Shown here: in pieces, positions 1-8,169 of the stretch
Layout: every line of letters starts with the position of its first letter
How positions within the stretch are numbered: the stretch's first letter is position 1
Source of the DNA: a bacterium
Lineage (GTDB): Bacteria; Auribacterota; Erginobacteria; Erginobacterales; DAOSXE01
Direction of reading: 5' to 3'
Length of the DNA: 64,000 nt
NCBI GenBank assembly: GCA_035380285.1
Contig: DAOSXE010000012.1
Coordinates: 2,954 to 66,953 of the forward strand
Translations under genes and position numbers: made by a program
Notes under the pieces: model-generated
Database searches by the model: none
What the model was told of the DNA's origin: nothing
What the model saw: the letters and a program-made list of their open reading frames with translations, nothing else

Positions 1-249
1 AGCGCTGCTTCGGTCCAGAGAAGACTGTGTAATTGCGCCCCACTCCCACCATAAATCGCCTGAAGCGGGCTATAAATCATGAATAACCAGCTAAAACTAA
101 TTCAAATTTCAATTTTAGGATAATTAAGTTTTACAGTTATTTTTCTGTCTTTTGGCTAGTTGTTGTCGATATATGGCCGTGCATATGCCCGTTATACTGG
201 GATAAAAACCCAAATATAACCGAAAATCCACGATTTTTACCCCCGCTCG
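1..249. other. AT-rich non-coding flank at window edge
   Basis: No ORF >=60 aa. Hand count of 101-240 gives 45 G+C in 140 nt (about 32 percent), versus 39/60 in the adjacent coding stretch 301-360. Lies 3' of the minus-strand dipeptidase gene. Confidence 0.6.
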
Positions 250-1995
250 TCACTGTTTTTGCTGAGGACGGGCATAGGTTATGGGACCGTTCTCATAGCC
301 GACCCGATCGCGCCACCAGCGGGGATAGCCGACCTCCTGGGCCATTGTGTCCTTCTCGTTGACGAAACCGTCCGAATAACGGCCGATCAAGGCCCCGGCC
401 AGGCGTTTCCAGGCCGCCAGCACCTGGGCCGCATTTGCCGAACAAAAATCGGTGAGGTAGGCACAGGCCTGTTCCGGGTTTTTCCGGTAGAGATCGAGCG
501 CCGCCGGTTCCGCCGCCGCCAAGGCTGAGAGTTCGCCGGACTCCAGTTCTTCCTGAGCCTGTTCGATATCCTTGATCATGTAGGAATATTTGATCGTGGA
601 CCAGTTGGACACGAAATTGAAGATCCACCAGGCGCTTTCGGGTTGAAATTCCCAGGGCGTATAGTTCCAGAAAGGTTCGGGGACGGCAGTCACGCCGGCG
701 AAGAAGGGGACATAGCAGGTTTCGGCGCCCCGGTCGGCGCCGTACCAGCAAATGCCGCCGATCGGATCGGGATACTTCCGGCGTCCCTGGCAGACGGTCA
801 CGTAGCCCTGGTAATAAACGGAGATGCTCCGTTCCCAGGCTCCCTGGCGACGGGCGGAAGGGTCGGCGGTGTCCCCGGAGCGATCATAGGGACCGAAATA
901 CCGGTAGGGATTGCCGAACGGCCCCGCCGCCATGCCGACGGTCATATCGAACTCGGTCCCCTCGTAATGGTCCCGGTAGAGGTCCATGACCTCCCGCACC
1001 GACAGCAGGCGGTCGGGTTTGACGGTGAAGGGGTAGGCCCGGGTGAAGCCGTTCTCGACCCAGGGGCCCAGCTTGAGGGAAGGCGCGATCCGGTCCTGTA
1101 TCCTCCATACCCGGCGCAGGGAATAATAAGGATGGTTATACTCGCCCAGGCTAGCGGCTTTCAGCCAATCGAGCGGACCGTCTTCGGGGCGCCACCAGCC
1201 CTGGCGGCGGGCCACGTCGAAGAGATTCCGGGAATACAGGGTCCCGGAGTCATCGGGATCGATCTCCCGGATCCGGAACTCGTTGGCCGCCGCGAAAACT
1301 TCCCCGTCGGGGATTTTTCGGGCCACCCACAACCCGCCGGTCCCCTCGGGGGAGGGGCACATCTCCATGACCCAGGCCTCTTCGGGATCGGCGACCGGGA
1401 GCGTCTCGCCGGTCCCCCAGAAGCCGTACTCGTCGATCAGCTCTCCCATCAGATCGACCGCTTCCCGGGCGGTCCGGCAGCGTTCCAGGGCTACCCGCGA
1501 AAGTTCGGCGGAATAGAAGATGCGTTTCCCCGCTTCCGGGAGGGTGCCGTCGGTCTTCGACCCGCTGGTGCATTCCCCGAACATGAGCTGGTGCTCGTTC
1601 ATGATCCCGTAGATGCCGTCGAAATAAGCGTAGGTATGGGAAACCTGGGGGATGAAGCCCAGGGGAACGCTGCGGGGGAAGCCCGCGGTGGCGTAGGCCG
1701 CCGCCCGGTCGGGGTCGACCAGACGGGGATATTCATAGGTGTTGTAGCGGGTCAGGTCCCCGGTCGGGCTGGCCGAGGCGTAGACGGGGCGCAGGGCGCC
1801 GGCGGGCCAGTCCCGGGCCGGAACGTATACCAAGCGCTGATCGGCCATCTCGTTGTCGTCGCTGTGGGTGACGATCATGGAACCGTCGGCGCTGGCGCCC
1901 GGCGTCACCACCATGGTGGTGCAGGGCCGAACCGGTTCCGGGAAAAGAATCAGGAAAGCCGTCGCCGCGGCCGCTCCCCAAAAACGGTTTCTCAC
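250..1995 (-). CDS. Peptidase C69-family dipeptidase, secreted (Ntn-type Cys nucleophile)
   Basis: ORF 250..2232 trimmed to GTG 1995, which sits 5 nt after GGAGG (2001-2005). A hydrophobic leader (WGAAAATAFLILF) is followed by PCTTMVVTPGASADGSMIVTHSDD, the typical C69 N-terminus. Confidence 0.85.
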   Translation of the reverse strand: MRNRFWGAAAATAFLILFPEPVRPCTTMVVTPGASADGSMIVTHSDDNEMADQRLVYVPARDWPAGALRPVYASASPTGDLTRYNTYEYPRLVDPDRAAAYATAGFPRSVPLGFIPQVSHTYAYFDGIYGIMNEHQLMFGECTSGSKTDGTLPEAGKRIFYSAELSRVALERCRTAREAVDLMGELIDEYGFWGTGETLPVADPEEAWVMEMCPSPEGTGGLWVARKIPDGEVFAAANEFRIREIDPDDSGTLYSRNLFDVARRQGWWRPEDGPLDWLKAASLGEYNHPYYSLRRVWRIQDRIAPSLKLGPWVENGFTRAYPFTVKPDRLLSVREVMDLYRDHYEGTEFDMTVGMAAGPFGNPYRYFGPYDRSGDTADPSARRQGAWERSISVYYQGYVTVCQGRRKYPDPIGGICWYGADRGAETCYVPFFAGVTAVPEPFWNYTPWEFQPESAWWIFNFVSNWSTIKYSYMIKDIEQAQEELESGELSALAAAEPAALDLYRKNPEQACAYLTDFCSANAAQVLAAWKRLAGALIGRYSDGFVNEKDTMAQEVGYPRWWRDRVGYENGPITYARPQQKQ

Positions 1996-2033
1996 GACAT
2001 CCTCCGTGTGTGCCCGGTCATGTTCGCGGACCG

Positions 2034-2063
2034 CGGTTCGAACCCGGGCCCGGGTTCGAACCG
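2034..2063. repeat. 30-bp perfect palindrome CGGTTCGAACCCGGGCCCGGGTTCGAACCG
   Basis: Read directly; the reverse complement is identical. Built from two palindromic GGTTCGAACC decamers flanking palindromic CGGGCCCG. Lies in the 115-nt spacer between the cupin stop (2111) and the dipeptidase start (1995). Confidence 0.9.
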
Positions 2064-2110
2064 TCCCCAAGGCGGGAGGGAGACGTACAACGCCCCTCTC
2101 CGCCCGCGAC

Positions 2111-2479
2111 TCATCGGGGGAAGAGCTCCCCGGACGGGGGGGCTCCCCATCTCTCCCCTCCCGAATCGGAAAATATGGCCAGCCAAACGGTCTCGCGCCC
2201 CGGCTCGGTCCACTCCACGCGGTGGCGGACATGGGCCGGAATCGCCAGCCAATCCCCCGGACCCAGTTCCCGGATCGAATCTTCCCCTTCGATCCTCACT
2301 CCGGCTCGGCCGGTCAGCACCGCCACCCATTCGTGTTCGGCCTGATCGTACCAGAAGCCGGGAGCGGAAGCATGTCCCCGGGAGACGATCCGTTCGATCC
2401 GGCAGCCGGCGGCGCGGTACAACTCCTCGGCCAGCTCTTCGGAAGCGGAGCCCGAAGCCTTCCGAAAAAGATTTTTCAC
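2111..2479 (-). CDS. Cupin-domain protein
   Basis: C-terminal part of ORF 2111..2719. GTG 2479 overlaps the upstream TGA (GTGA). Cupin-like motifs are present: GHASAPGFWYDQAEHEWVAVLTGRAGV...GDWLAIPAHVRHRV. Confidence 0.75.
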   Translation of the reverse strand: MKNLFRKASGSASEELAEELYRAAGCRIERIVSRGHASAPGFWYDQAEHEWVAVLTGRAGVRIEGEDSIRELGPGDWLAIPAHVRHRVEWTEPGRETVWLAIFSDSGGERWGAPPSGELFPR

Positions 2480-3210
2480 CGCCCACCCCCGGCGCGGATG
2501 CGGGCGCGGCGGACCTGGAAGGCGATCACCGCCGCCGACACCGAAACATTGAGGGAATCGAGCGGGCGCGCCATGGGCACCGACACCCGGAAATCGCAGG
2601 TTTCGAGAACCAGACGACGAATGCCGTCCCCTTCGCTCCCGAAGACCAGGACCACTCCCCCTGCGAAATCGAGATCGAAACAACTGCTTCCGTCCATGAC
2701 CGCGGCGTACGCCCAACAACCGCGTCCGCGCAGAGAAGCGATGAACCGGGGCAGGTTGGTCTCGATCGCGATCGGGACCCGGAAGGCGCAGCCGGCCGAA
2801 GTCTTGAGCACCGCCGGGGTCACCCGGCAGCCGCCGTGCGCGGCTAAAACCACCAGGTCGGCGCCGGCCCCGGCGGCGGTGCGGACGATCGCGCCCAGGT
2901 TATGGGGATCCTGAACCCGATCCAGGACGATGACGAACGGGGGTGCGCCCAGCGCGTCCAGGACCGGTTCGGCCCGGGAATACCCGAACCCCTTGATCCT
3001 GGCGGCGGCGCCCTGGTGCTCGCGGGAATGGGAGACGGCCTCCAGTTTTTCGCGGGGAAGACGGGCCACGGGCACGCCGGCCGCCAGCAGATCGTTCTCC
3101 AGACCGGCGAGTTCGACCGCGTTGTCGGCGGTGGTCTGAAGAAACGCTTCCTTGAGCCCGGCCCCCGCCTGCAGGGCTTCCCGGATCACGTTGCGACCGT
3201 ATATGATCAA
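2476..3210 (-). CDS. rlmB: TrmH/SpoU-family 23S rRNA 2'-O-methyltransferase (RlmB-like)
   Basis: ORF 2476..3426 trimmed to TTG 3210, which follows GGAG (3216-3219). N-terminus is IIYGRNVIREAL. SpoU motifs are present: VLDRVQDPHNLGAIVRTA, LVFGSEGDGI, SLNVSVSAAV. Confidence 0.85.
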   Translation of the reverse strand: MIIYGRNVIREALQAGAGLKEAFLQTTADNAVELAGLENDLLAAGVPVARLPREKLEAVSHSREHQGAAARIKGFGYSRAEPVLDALGAPPFVIVLDRVQDPHNLGAIVRTAAGAGADLVVLAAHGGCRVTPAVLKTSAGCAFRVPIAIETNLPRFIASLRGRGCWAYAAVMDGSSCFDLDFAGGVVLVFGSEGDGIRRLVLETCDFRVSVPMARPLDSLNVSVSAAVIAFQVRRARIRAGGGR

Positions 3211-3212
3211 TC

Positions 3213-4880
3213 CTACTCCAACCGATAGACGACGTAGGCCGGGTTGCGGTACGCCAACGGAAAGGGAAGATTGTCGTCCGCGAACCCGACCAGGTAAACG
3301 CTTCCGGACCCCTGCGCCCGCAAACGGCGGGCGACGGCCTTGAACTCGATCTCCCCCAACCGGCGGAAATCGGCTTCCAGAGACCCTTCTCCGGAAAACC
3401 CCAGCGACCGCATCCGGCGCAGCCACTCCGCTCCGAACGCCGGGTCCCAGTTGGCCAGGGTCCCGTCTTTCCAGTCCCCGTAAACGGCCCGCTCGGACTC
3501 GACCCGGAAGCCCTCATGGGACCAGGTGGGAGGAACGATGAAAACCGCATCCTGCGGAGTCGCTTCCCGGGCCCACCGCTGCACCGCCAACCATTGCGGC
3601 CGCTGGGCGTTCCCGATCTTGAAATCGCCTCCCTCCTCCGCCCAGGCCCGGACCCCGGCCAGAACCGCCAGGGCGCAGAGGGCCGCCGACCAACGCCCCG
3701 GAGAAATAGCCGCGCCCCGGCTCCGCGAATACCGGGCGAACCCGGCCAGGGCCGCCAGGAGCACCACCGCTTCCCGCCAATGGAACGCCCCGTAGAGCAG
3801 GGCCATCCCCGCGAAAACCGGGAGCAGAACCCCCCGCCAGCCGCCGGCGGCGTCCACGGCCCGCACGAAAAATTCGGCGAAGAAAATCAGGGCTATGCAG
3901 TAAAGAGGCTTGAAGGCCCGGAAGAGCTGCAGATGAACGGCGAGACGGACGGGGACGATTTCGGTGAAAAAAACCCCGAGCAGCACCAGGACCGCCACCG
4001 CAACAAGCATGGTGCGAAAAAAACGCCGGAGCCCGTCGGAGAGAGCCGAAGGCCACGATACCGCGAGCGTCCCCAGCACCAGCAGCGCCTCGAAATACAC
4101 CGAGGGGTCCCAGGAGAAGGGAAAGATGTGGTGGGAGGATCGGATGCGCAGCACCTCCAGCCACGCCGGCAACGGAACCGGGGAAGCGGCGTAATTACGG
4201 AAATAGCGGATCAACAAGGGCGCGGCGGCGACGGCGAAAACGGCGGCGGCGGCGAGGAGGGCGGCGGGACGGCGGCGCTTCAGCACCGCGGGCGCGGCCG
4301 CCGCCATGGGGATGAGAAACGCCGCCGCCGAAAGGGGATGGATGAGGAACGCCCCTCCGGCGGCGCACGCCGCCGCCAGCGGCCGGCCCCGCAGAAGCGC
4401 GGCCAGGGAAAAAAGAAGCAGGGGAAGCGCGGCCGTTCGGGTGTAGAGAATCTCGTCCAGGCTGAACGTCCCCCCGGGAAGACGCTTGCTGAAAAGGAAG
4501 AGAAGCATGGCCAGCGCCGCCCCCCGGGGCTCCGCGAAGACGGCGAACGAAACCGCCCCGATCCCGAGAAGGGTCGCGACCGCCGCGAGACAGTAGACGC
4601 AGAAAAACAGCGTTCCGACGTCCACGCCGGTCAGGTCGACCGCGCCCGCCAGCGCCGCCCAGAACAAGGTATGGTAATGGGGTATGACCGAAAGCAGGTA
4701 GTCTCCCCGGTACAGCGTCGGATCGAGGGCGTGTTTGAACATGGGGAGAATCAGCGTCTGATCCCAGACCCCGAACCGATACTGATGGAGGGCCAGAACC
4801 GAAACCGCGCCGAAACCGAGGGCCAGCAGCAGGCCCGGGAAAAAACGCGAGCGGACCGGGTTGGCGACGGATGCGGTCAT
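3213..4880 (-). CDS. Polytopic membrane protein with C-terminal soluble domain (possible GT-C-fold glycosyltransferase)
   Basis: ORF 3213..4898 has more than 10 hydrophobic segments followed by a roughly 150-aa hydrophilic tail. ATG 4880 (MTASVANP...) is preferred because TGCTACAAT ends 8 nt upstream. The functional guess rests on architecture only. Confidence 0.6.
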   Translation of the reverse strand: MTASVANPVRSRFFPGLLLALGFGAVSVLALHQYRFGVWDQTLILPMFKHALDPTLYRGDYLLSVIPHYHTLFWAALAGAVDLTGVDVGTLFFCVYCLAAVATLLGIGAVSFAVFAEPRGAALAMLLFLFSKRLPGGTFSLDEILYTRTAALPLLLFSLAALLRGRPLAAACAAGGAFLIHPLSAAAFLIPMAAAAPAVLKRRRPAALLAAAAVFAVAAAPLLIRYFRNYAASPVPLPAWLEVLRIRSSHHIFPFSWDPSVYFEALLVLGTLAVSWPSALSDGLRRFFRTMLVAVAVLVLLGVFFTEIVPVRLAVHLQLFRAFKPLYCIALIFFAEFFVRAVDAAGGWRGVLLPVFAGMALLYGAFHWREAVVLLAALAGFARYSRSRGAAISPGRWSAALCALAVLAGVRAWAEEGGDFKIGNAQRPQWLAVQRWAREATPQDAVFIVPPTWSHEGFRVESERAVYGDWKDGTLANWDPAFGAEWLRRMRSLGFSGEGSLEADFRRLGEIEFKAVARRLRAQGSGSVYLVGFADDNLPFPLAYRNPAYVVYRLE

Positions 4881-4888
4881 TTGCCGCG

Positions 4889-4918
4889 ATTGTAGCACAC
4901 AACCTCGGAGCGGTTAAA
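4889..4918 (-). promoter_or_regulatory. Sigma70-like promoter (TTTAAC-18-TGcTACAAT) ending 8 nt before ATG 4880
   Basis: Minus-strand read: TTTAACCGCTCCGAGGTTGTGTGCTACAATCGCGGCAAATG. Extended -10 (TGn) is present and no Shine-Dalgarno sequence is seen. Confidence 0.45.
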
Positions 4919-4924
4919 TATGGC

Positions 4925-4954
4925 TTGGGCCGGATAAAGCCCCGGGGCTAAGAT
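4925..4954 (+). promoter_or_regulatory. Sigma70-like promoter (TTGGGC-18-TAAGAT) ending 7 nt before ATG 4962
   Basis: Plus-strand read: TTGGGCcggataaagccccggggcTAAGATgacacccATG. Divergent from the 4880 promoter. Confidence 0.4.
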
Positions 4955-4961
4955 GACACCC

Positions 4962-5987
4962 ATGAAGACGGCGACCGCAGCGGCGATAGCGTCCTTGACG
5001 TTGCTCTCCGCCGGTTGCGGACGGGAAAGCGCCCCGCTGCTTAAGGAAACCCGGTTCCTGATGGGAACGGTGGTTTCGGTGGAGGCGGAGGCGCACGACG
5101 AAGCGGAAACCCGGCGCGCCCTGGAGGCCGCCTGGGCGGAGATGTCGGGTCTGGAGCAGGTCTTCAGCCGGTGGCGCCCGGAAAGCGAACTCAACCGGAT
5201 ACGGGAAGCACCACCGGGTACGCCGACGCCGCTGAGCCCGGTCATGCTCGAAGTCCTGCTTAAAGCCCGGGAGCTGGGACGGCTGACCGGAGGCGCTTTC
5301 GATCCCACCGTCGGTCCGCTTCTCTCCCTCTGGGGGTTCTTCCCCGAGGGAGGAGGAACCGTTCCCGGGAAAGACGCGATCGCGGACGCCCGGAACCTCA
5401 CCGGATGGGACAAGCTGCGCGTCGATCCGGAGGCCGGAACGGCGACGTTGCTCGCGAGCGGCGTGGAACTCGATCTGGCGGGGGTGGCCAAGGGGTTCAT
5501 CGCCGACCGGGGCGCGGCGGCGCTGGTCCGGGCGGGAGCGGTCCGCGGCCTGGTCAACGCCGGAGGCGATATCGCCTGCTTCGGAGGCAGCCCCGACGGA
5601 GGCCCCTGGAGAATCGGCCTGGAAGACCCCCGGCATCCGGGAGCGATCCTGACCGTCCTGCGGTGCGCGGAGGGGGGAATCGCCACGTCGGGGGATTACC
5701 GCAACTATTTCATTCGCAGCCGGAAACGCTACAGTCACATCATCGACCCCCGGACCGGCGCGCCCGCCGACGCCGGCGTAGTGGAAGCCAGCGTGACCGC
5801 TCCCGACTGCGCCACCGCCGACGGGCTGGCGACGGGCCTGTTCGTCCTGGGACCGGGACCGGGGATCTCCCTGCTCGATCGACTGCCCGGAGTCGAGGGG
5901 ATCATCGTTACCGAGGGGGAAGAAGGCCTGCTGATCTGGCGGTCTTCAGGCCTGGAAGAAACGAAACCCGCGGCGGGGGATCAGTAA
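4962..5987 (+). CDS. apbE: FAD:protein FMN transferase ApbE (lipoprotein)
   Basis: ORF 4953..5987. The start at ATG 4962 gives MKTATAAAIASLTLLSAGC, a lipobox. ApbE motifs are present: GGAFDPTVGPL, DLAGVAKGF, GGIATSGDY, SHIIDPRTG. Confidence 0.9.
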   Translation: MKTATAAAIASLTLLSAGCGRESAPLLKETRFLMGTVVSVEAEAHDEAETRRALEAAWAEMSGLEQVFSRWRPESELNRIREAPPGTPTPLSPVMLEVLLKARELGRLTGGAFDPTVGPLLSLWGFFPEGGGTVPGKDAIADARNLTGWDKLRVDPEAGTATLLASGVELDLAGVAKGFIADRGAAALVRAGAVRGLVNAGGDIACFGGSPDGGPWRIGLEDPRHPGAILTVLRCAEGGIATSGDYRNYFIRSRKRYSHIIDPRTGAPADAGVVEASVTAPDCATADGLATGLFVLGPGPGISLLDRLPGVEGIIVTEGEEGLLIWRSSGLEETKPAAGDQ

Positions 5988-6331
5988 TACACGCGGTCCA
6001 TCACCGAAAGGCGGCCGTTGCGGAACAGCAGCCGGTAGTACCCCGTCCCGAAAACCAGATGGTAACGGTATACCCAGGTTTCGTACCTGACCGTGGGATC
6101 GGAGTAACCGGGGACGAAGAAATTGGGGTCTCCCCAGGCGGCCAGAACGTCGTTCCGGCTCATGCCGACCACGACCTCGCCCCTCCGGATCATCTCCTGT
6201 TTTTCGGCGGACATGCCGGGGTTCAACTCCAGGTAAGCCTCGCGGCGGGCGGAGGTGGCGCAACCGCACGCGGACAGCGCCGCCACAGCGAGAATAAGCG
6301 CCGCGCTTCTCTGGAAGGGAACGGTACTCAT
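5981..6331 (-). CDS. Small lipoprotein, BamE/SmpA-like
   Basis: Internal ATG 6331 of ORF 5981..6769 overlaps the upstream stop (ATGA). Lipobox is ALSACGC. GMSRNDVLAAWGDP resembles the BamE/SmpA_OmlA motif. Confidence 0.6.
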   Translation of the reverse strand: MSTVPFQRSAALILAVAALSACGCATSARREAYLELNPGMSAEKQEMIRRGEVVVGMSRNDVLAAWGDPNFFVPGYSDPTVRYETWVYRYHLVFGTGYYRLLFRNGRLSVMDRVYY

Positions 6332-7479
6332 GGCGTGCCCATTATCCCGGAATCCCCGGGGCTTTTCGAGATTTTTTTCGGACCGAAAAGCTCCGAATAG
6401 CGCCGCCGCCCCATCCCCACCTCCATCATTTTCCGGGCCCGGGCGGGGTTGCTGATGGTACGGCGGTAGATCAGGCGGGGAGCGGTGTCCAGGATCCGGG
6501 CCAGTCGACGCGCCCAGACCAGATCGCCGCCCAGCGCTTCCCTCAGCAGCGCGGAATACTCTTTCAGCGCCCTGCCCCGGCGCAGATGGGCGGCGATCGT
6601 TTCCGCCGCCAGACGCCCGGAAAGAACGGCGGGATAGATGCCCTCGCCGGTAAGAACGTCGGTCAGGGCGGCGGCGTCGCCCGCCACCAGGCAGTGCCCC
6701 CGGACAAGAGGGGTCCGGGGGTAACCCGAGGAGAGGCTTGCTCCGCGAAAACGGGAGGAGACCACCCAATTCTCCAAACCCTCGCGGATCAGGTATTCCC
6801 GCAGCCGGTCGGGCAGGCGGGGGGCGCGGGCGCTACGGGCGGCGGCGCCGACGTTGAGAAAACCCGGGCCGGGAAAGATCCAGGAATACCCCCCGGCCAC
6901 GGCGCCGAAGTCGAAATGAAGCCGATATCGGTACCGCTCCCATACCGGGGCCGGAGGAACCACTCTGGCCTCCAACCCGAAGCCGCGGCCGCGGGAACCG
7001 GGGACCGAAAAAGCCCGGGAAAACCTCGACGAAGACCCGGCGGCGACCACCGCCGCCCGGGCCTGAATCGGCCCGGACGCGGTCGTCGCCCTCACCCCCG
7101 CCCCGGTTTCCTCCAGCCCGACGACCTCGGTTCCTTCGATCAGGCGGGCCCCCGCCGACGCGGCCGACCGCGCCAAGAAAGCGTCGAACTCGGCGCGGTC
7201 GACGACCCAGCCCAGCAGTTCTTCTCCCGCCACCTCGGCGGCGTCGGCGCCCTTCCAGGAAAAAACCGCCCCCGCCACCTCTTCCCGGGAAACTCCGGAA
7301 AAATCCAGGCGCACCTCGGCGGCGACCTTGACCGGGACCCCGCCCGCGCAGCATTTATACCGGGGAATCCGTCGTTTCTCGACCAGGACCGCATCCAACC
7401 CCAGCCGGGCGGCGGCCAGGGCGGCGGCGGCCCCGGCGGGGCCGGCCCCGACGATCAGAATTTCACAGCTGGAGACCAT
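6328..7479 (-). CDS. Geranylgeranyl-reductase-family FAD-dependent oxidoreductase
   Basis: ORF 6328..7479. N-terminal dinucleotide fold ILIVGAGPAGAAAA and the C-terminal motif VAGDAAALTDVLTGEGIY are both present. Confidence 0.8.
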   Translation of the reverse strand: MVSSCEILIVGAGPAGAAAALAAARLGLDAVLVEKRRIPRYKCCAGGVPVKVAAEVRLDFSGVSREEVAGAVFSWKGADAAEVAGEELLGWVVDRAEFDAFLARSAASAGARLIEGTEVVGLEETGAGVRATTASGPIQARAAVVAAGSSSRFSRAFSVPGSRGRGFGLEARVVPPAPVWERYRYRLHFDFGAVAGGYSWIFPGPGFLNVGAAARSARAPRLPDRLREYLIREGLENWVVSSRFRGASLSSGYPRTPLVRGHCLVAGDAAALTDVLTGEGIYPAVLSGRLAAETIAAHLRRGRALKEYSALLREALGGDLVWARRLARILDTAPRLIYRRTISNPARARKMMEVGMGRRRYSELFGPKKISKSPGDSGIMGTP

Positions 7480-7491
7480 GAGCGGGAACGA

Positions 7492-7914
7492 TCAGGACAA
7501 CAGCGCGACGAGGATGATTCCGGCCCCGCAGGCGACCCCCAGAAGACAGATCGTCCGAACGAAAAGATTGTTTCTCCCCGCCACCAGGGCCTTGACCGCC
7601 TGAGGAAACCAACGGGGGAAAAACGCCAGGATAAGAGCCGCGCTTAAAAACACCCCCAGGACCATGGCCAAGAGGAGGAAGGCGGGAACCCGGTCGATCA
7701 GGACCGCGACCGTCGAGTACAGAAACCATATCCCGAAAGCTCCGACGAGGACGGCGGCGAAGCGGATAGCCCAACCGGGAACGTCCGCCAGCCAGGCCGC
7801 CCCTTTCCGGAAACGGGCGGGGTGGGTCACGCCGGGAAACCTCGTCGCCACTATCAGAGCCCCCAAGATCACCATCGTTATCTTGATCGCCGCGGCATTC
7901 ATGAAACTCTCCAT
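7492..7914 (-). CDS. Small integral membrane protein, function unknown
   Basis: ORF 7492..7914 with four hydrophobic segments. An alternative ATG lies at 7902. It sits 12 nt upstream of the next gene. Confidence 0.6.
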   Translation of the reverse strand: MESFMNAAAIKITMVILGALIVATRFPGVTHPARFRKGAAWLADVPGWAIRFAAVLVGAFGIWFLYSTVAVLIDRVPAFLLLAMVLGVFLSAALILAFFPRWFPQAVKALVAGRNNLFVRTICLLGVACGAGIILVALLS

Positions 7915-8132
7915 GAAAAAGTTTGAACGTTCTCCTTCTTACCGGAGTCTATATTGACGAACACAAAGTTTCAAGGTTCCGCTAGGGCGGAATCGAGAAA
8001 CCGGCAGGTTAAACGGTAAACAGGAGAAGCAGCAACTGTTCCGGCACGCTTGAAAGGCCCGAGATTATAAAAAGTCTCACCTCCCTGTTACATGGGCCTT
8101 CAAGAAGCAACCTCCAGAACCTGCCGGACCAG

Positions 8133-8169
8133 GCGAGGGGGCGGGCCACCGCCCCCTCGCTTTTCTTTT
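8133..8169 (+). terminator. Canonical intrinsic terminator on the plus strand (12-bp GC stem, GCCA loop, TTTTCTTTT)
   Basis: GCGAGGGGGCGG-GCCA-CCGCCCCCTCGC at 8133-8160, followed by TTTTCTTTT at 8161-8169. The U-tract exists only in the plus-strand reading, and no plus-strand CDS lies upstream. Confidence 0.6.

Noticed and set aside
20-60. ...GCGCCCCACTCCCACCA as a possible tRNA/tmRNA 3' end (an attachment site) preceding the AT-rich block
   Set aside because: No T-arm or acceptor pairing partner is visible in the 40 nt available at the window edge, so this cannot be supported from the sequence. I mention it only as a lead under the AT-rich finding.
2035-2062. GGTTCGAACC motifs resembling a tRNA T-arm, raising the possibility of a tRNA or tRNA fragment
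   Set aside because: I could not fold an acceptor stem, D arm or anticodon arm around either copy. The sequence is better explained as a simple perfect palindrome.
643-2847. 734-aa plus-strand ORF, plus similar long ORFs at 1853-2914, 32677-34773, 38594-41074, 44574-46397 and 54573-56798
   Set aside because: They lie antisense or off-frame to genes with clear family signatures (C69 peptidase, MsbA, BamA, Prs and others). Their translations are dominated by Arg/Gly/Pro/Ala runs, as expected when GC-rich coding DNA is read in the wrong frame. I recognise no motifs in them.
7995-8045. AGGAGAAGCAGCAAC, reminiscent of the GGAAGCAGCC segment of SRP (4.5S) RNA domain IV
   Set aside because: I could not form the matching GNAR-capped helix or the symmetric and asymmetric loop partner strand. 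The resemblance is limited to about 8 nt.
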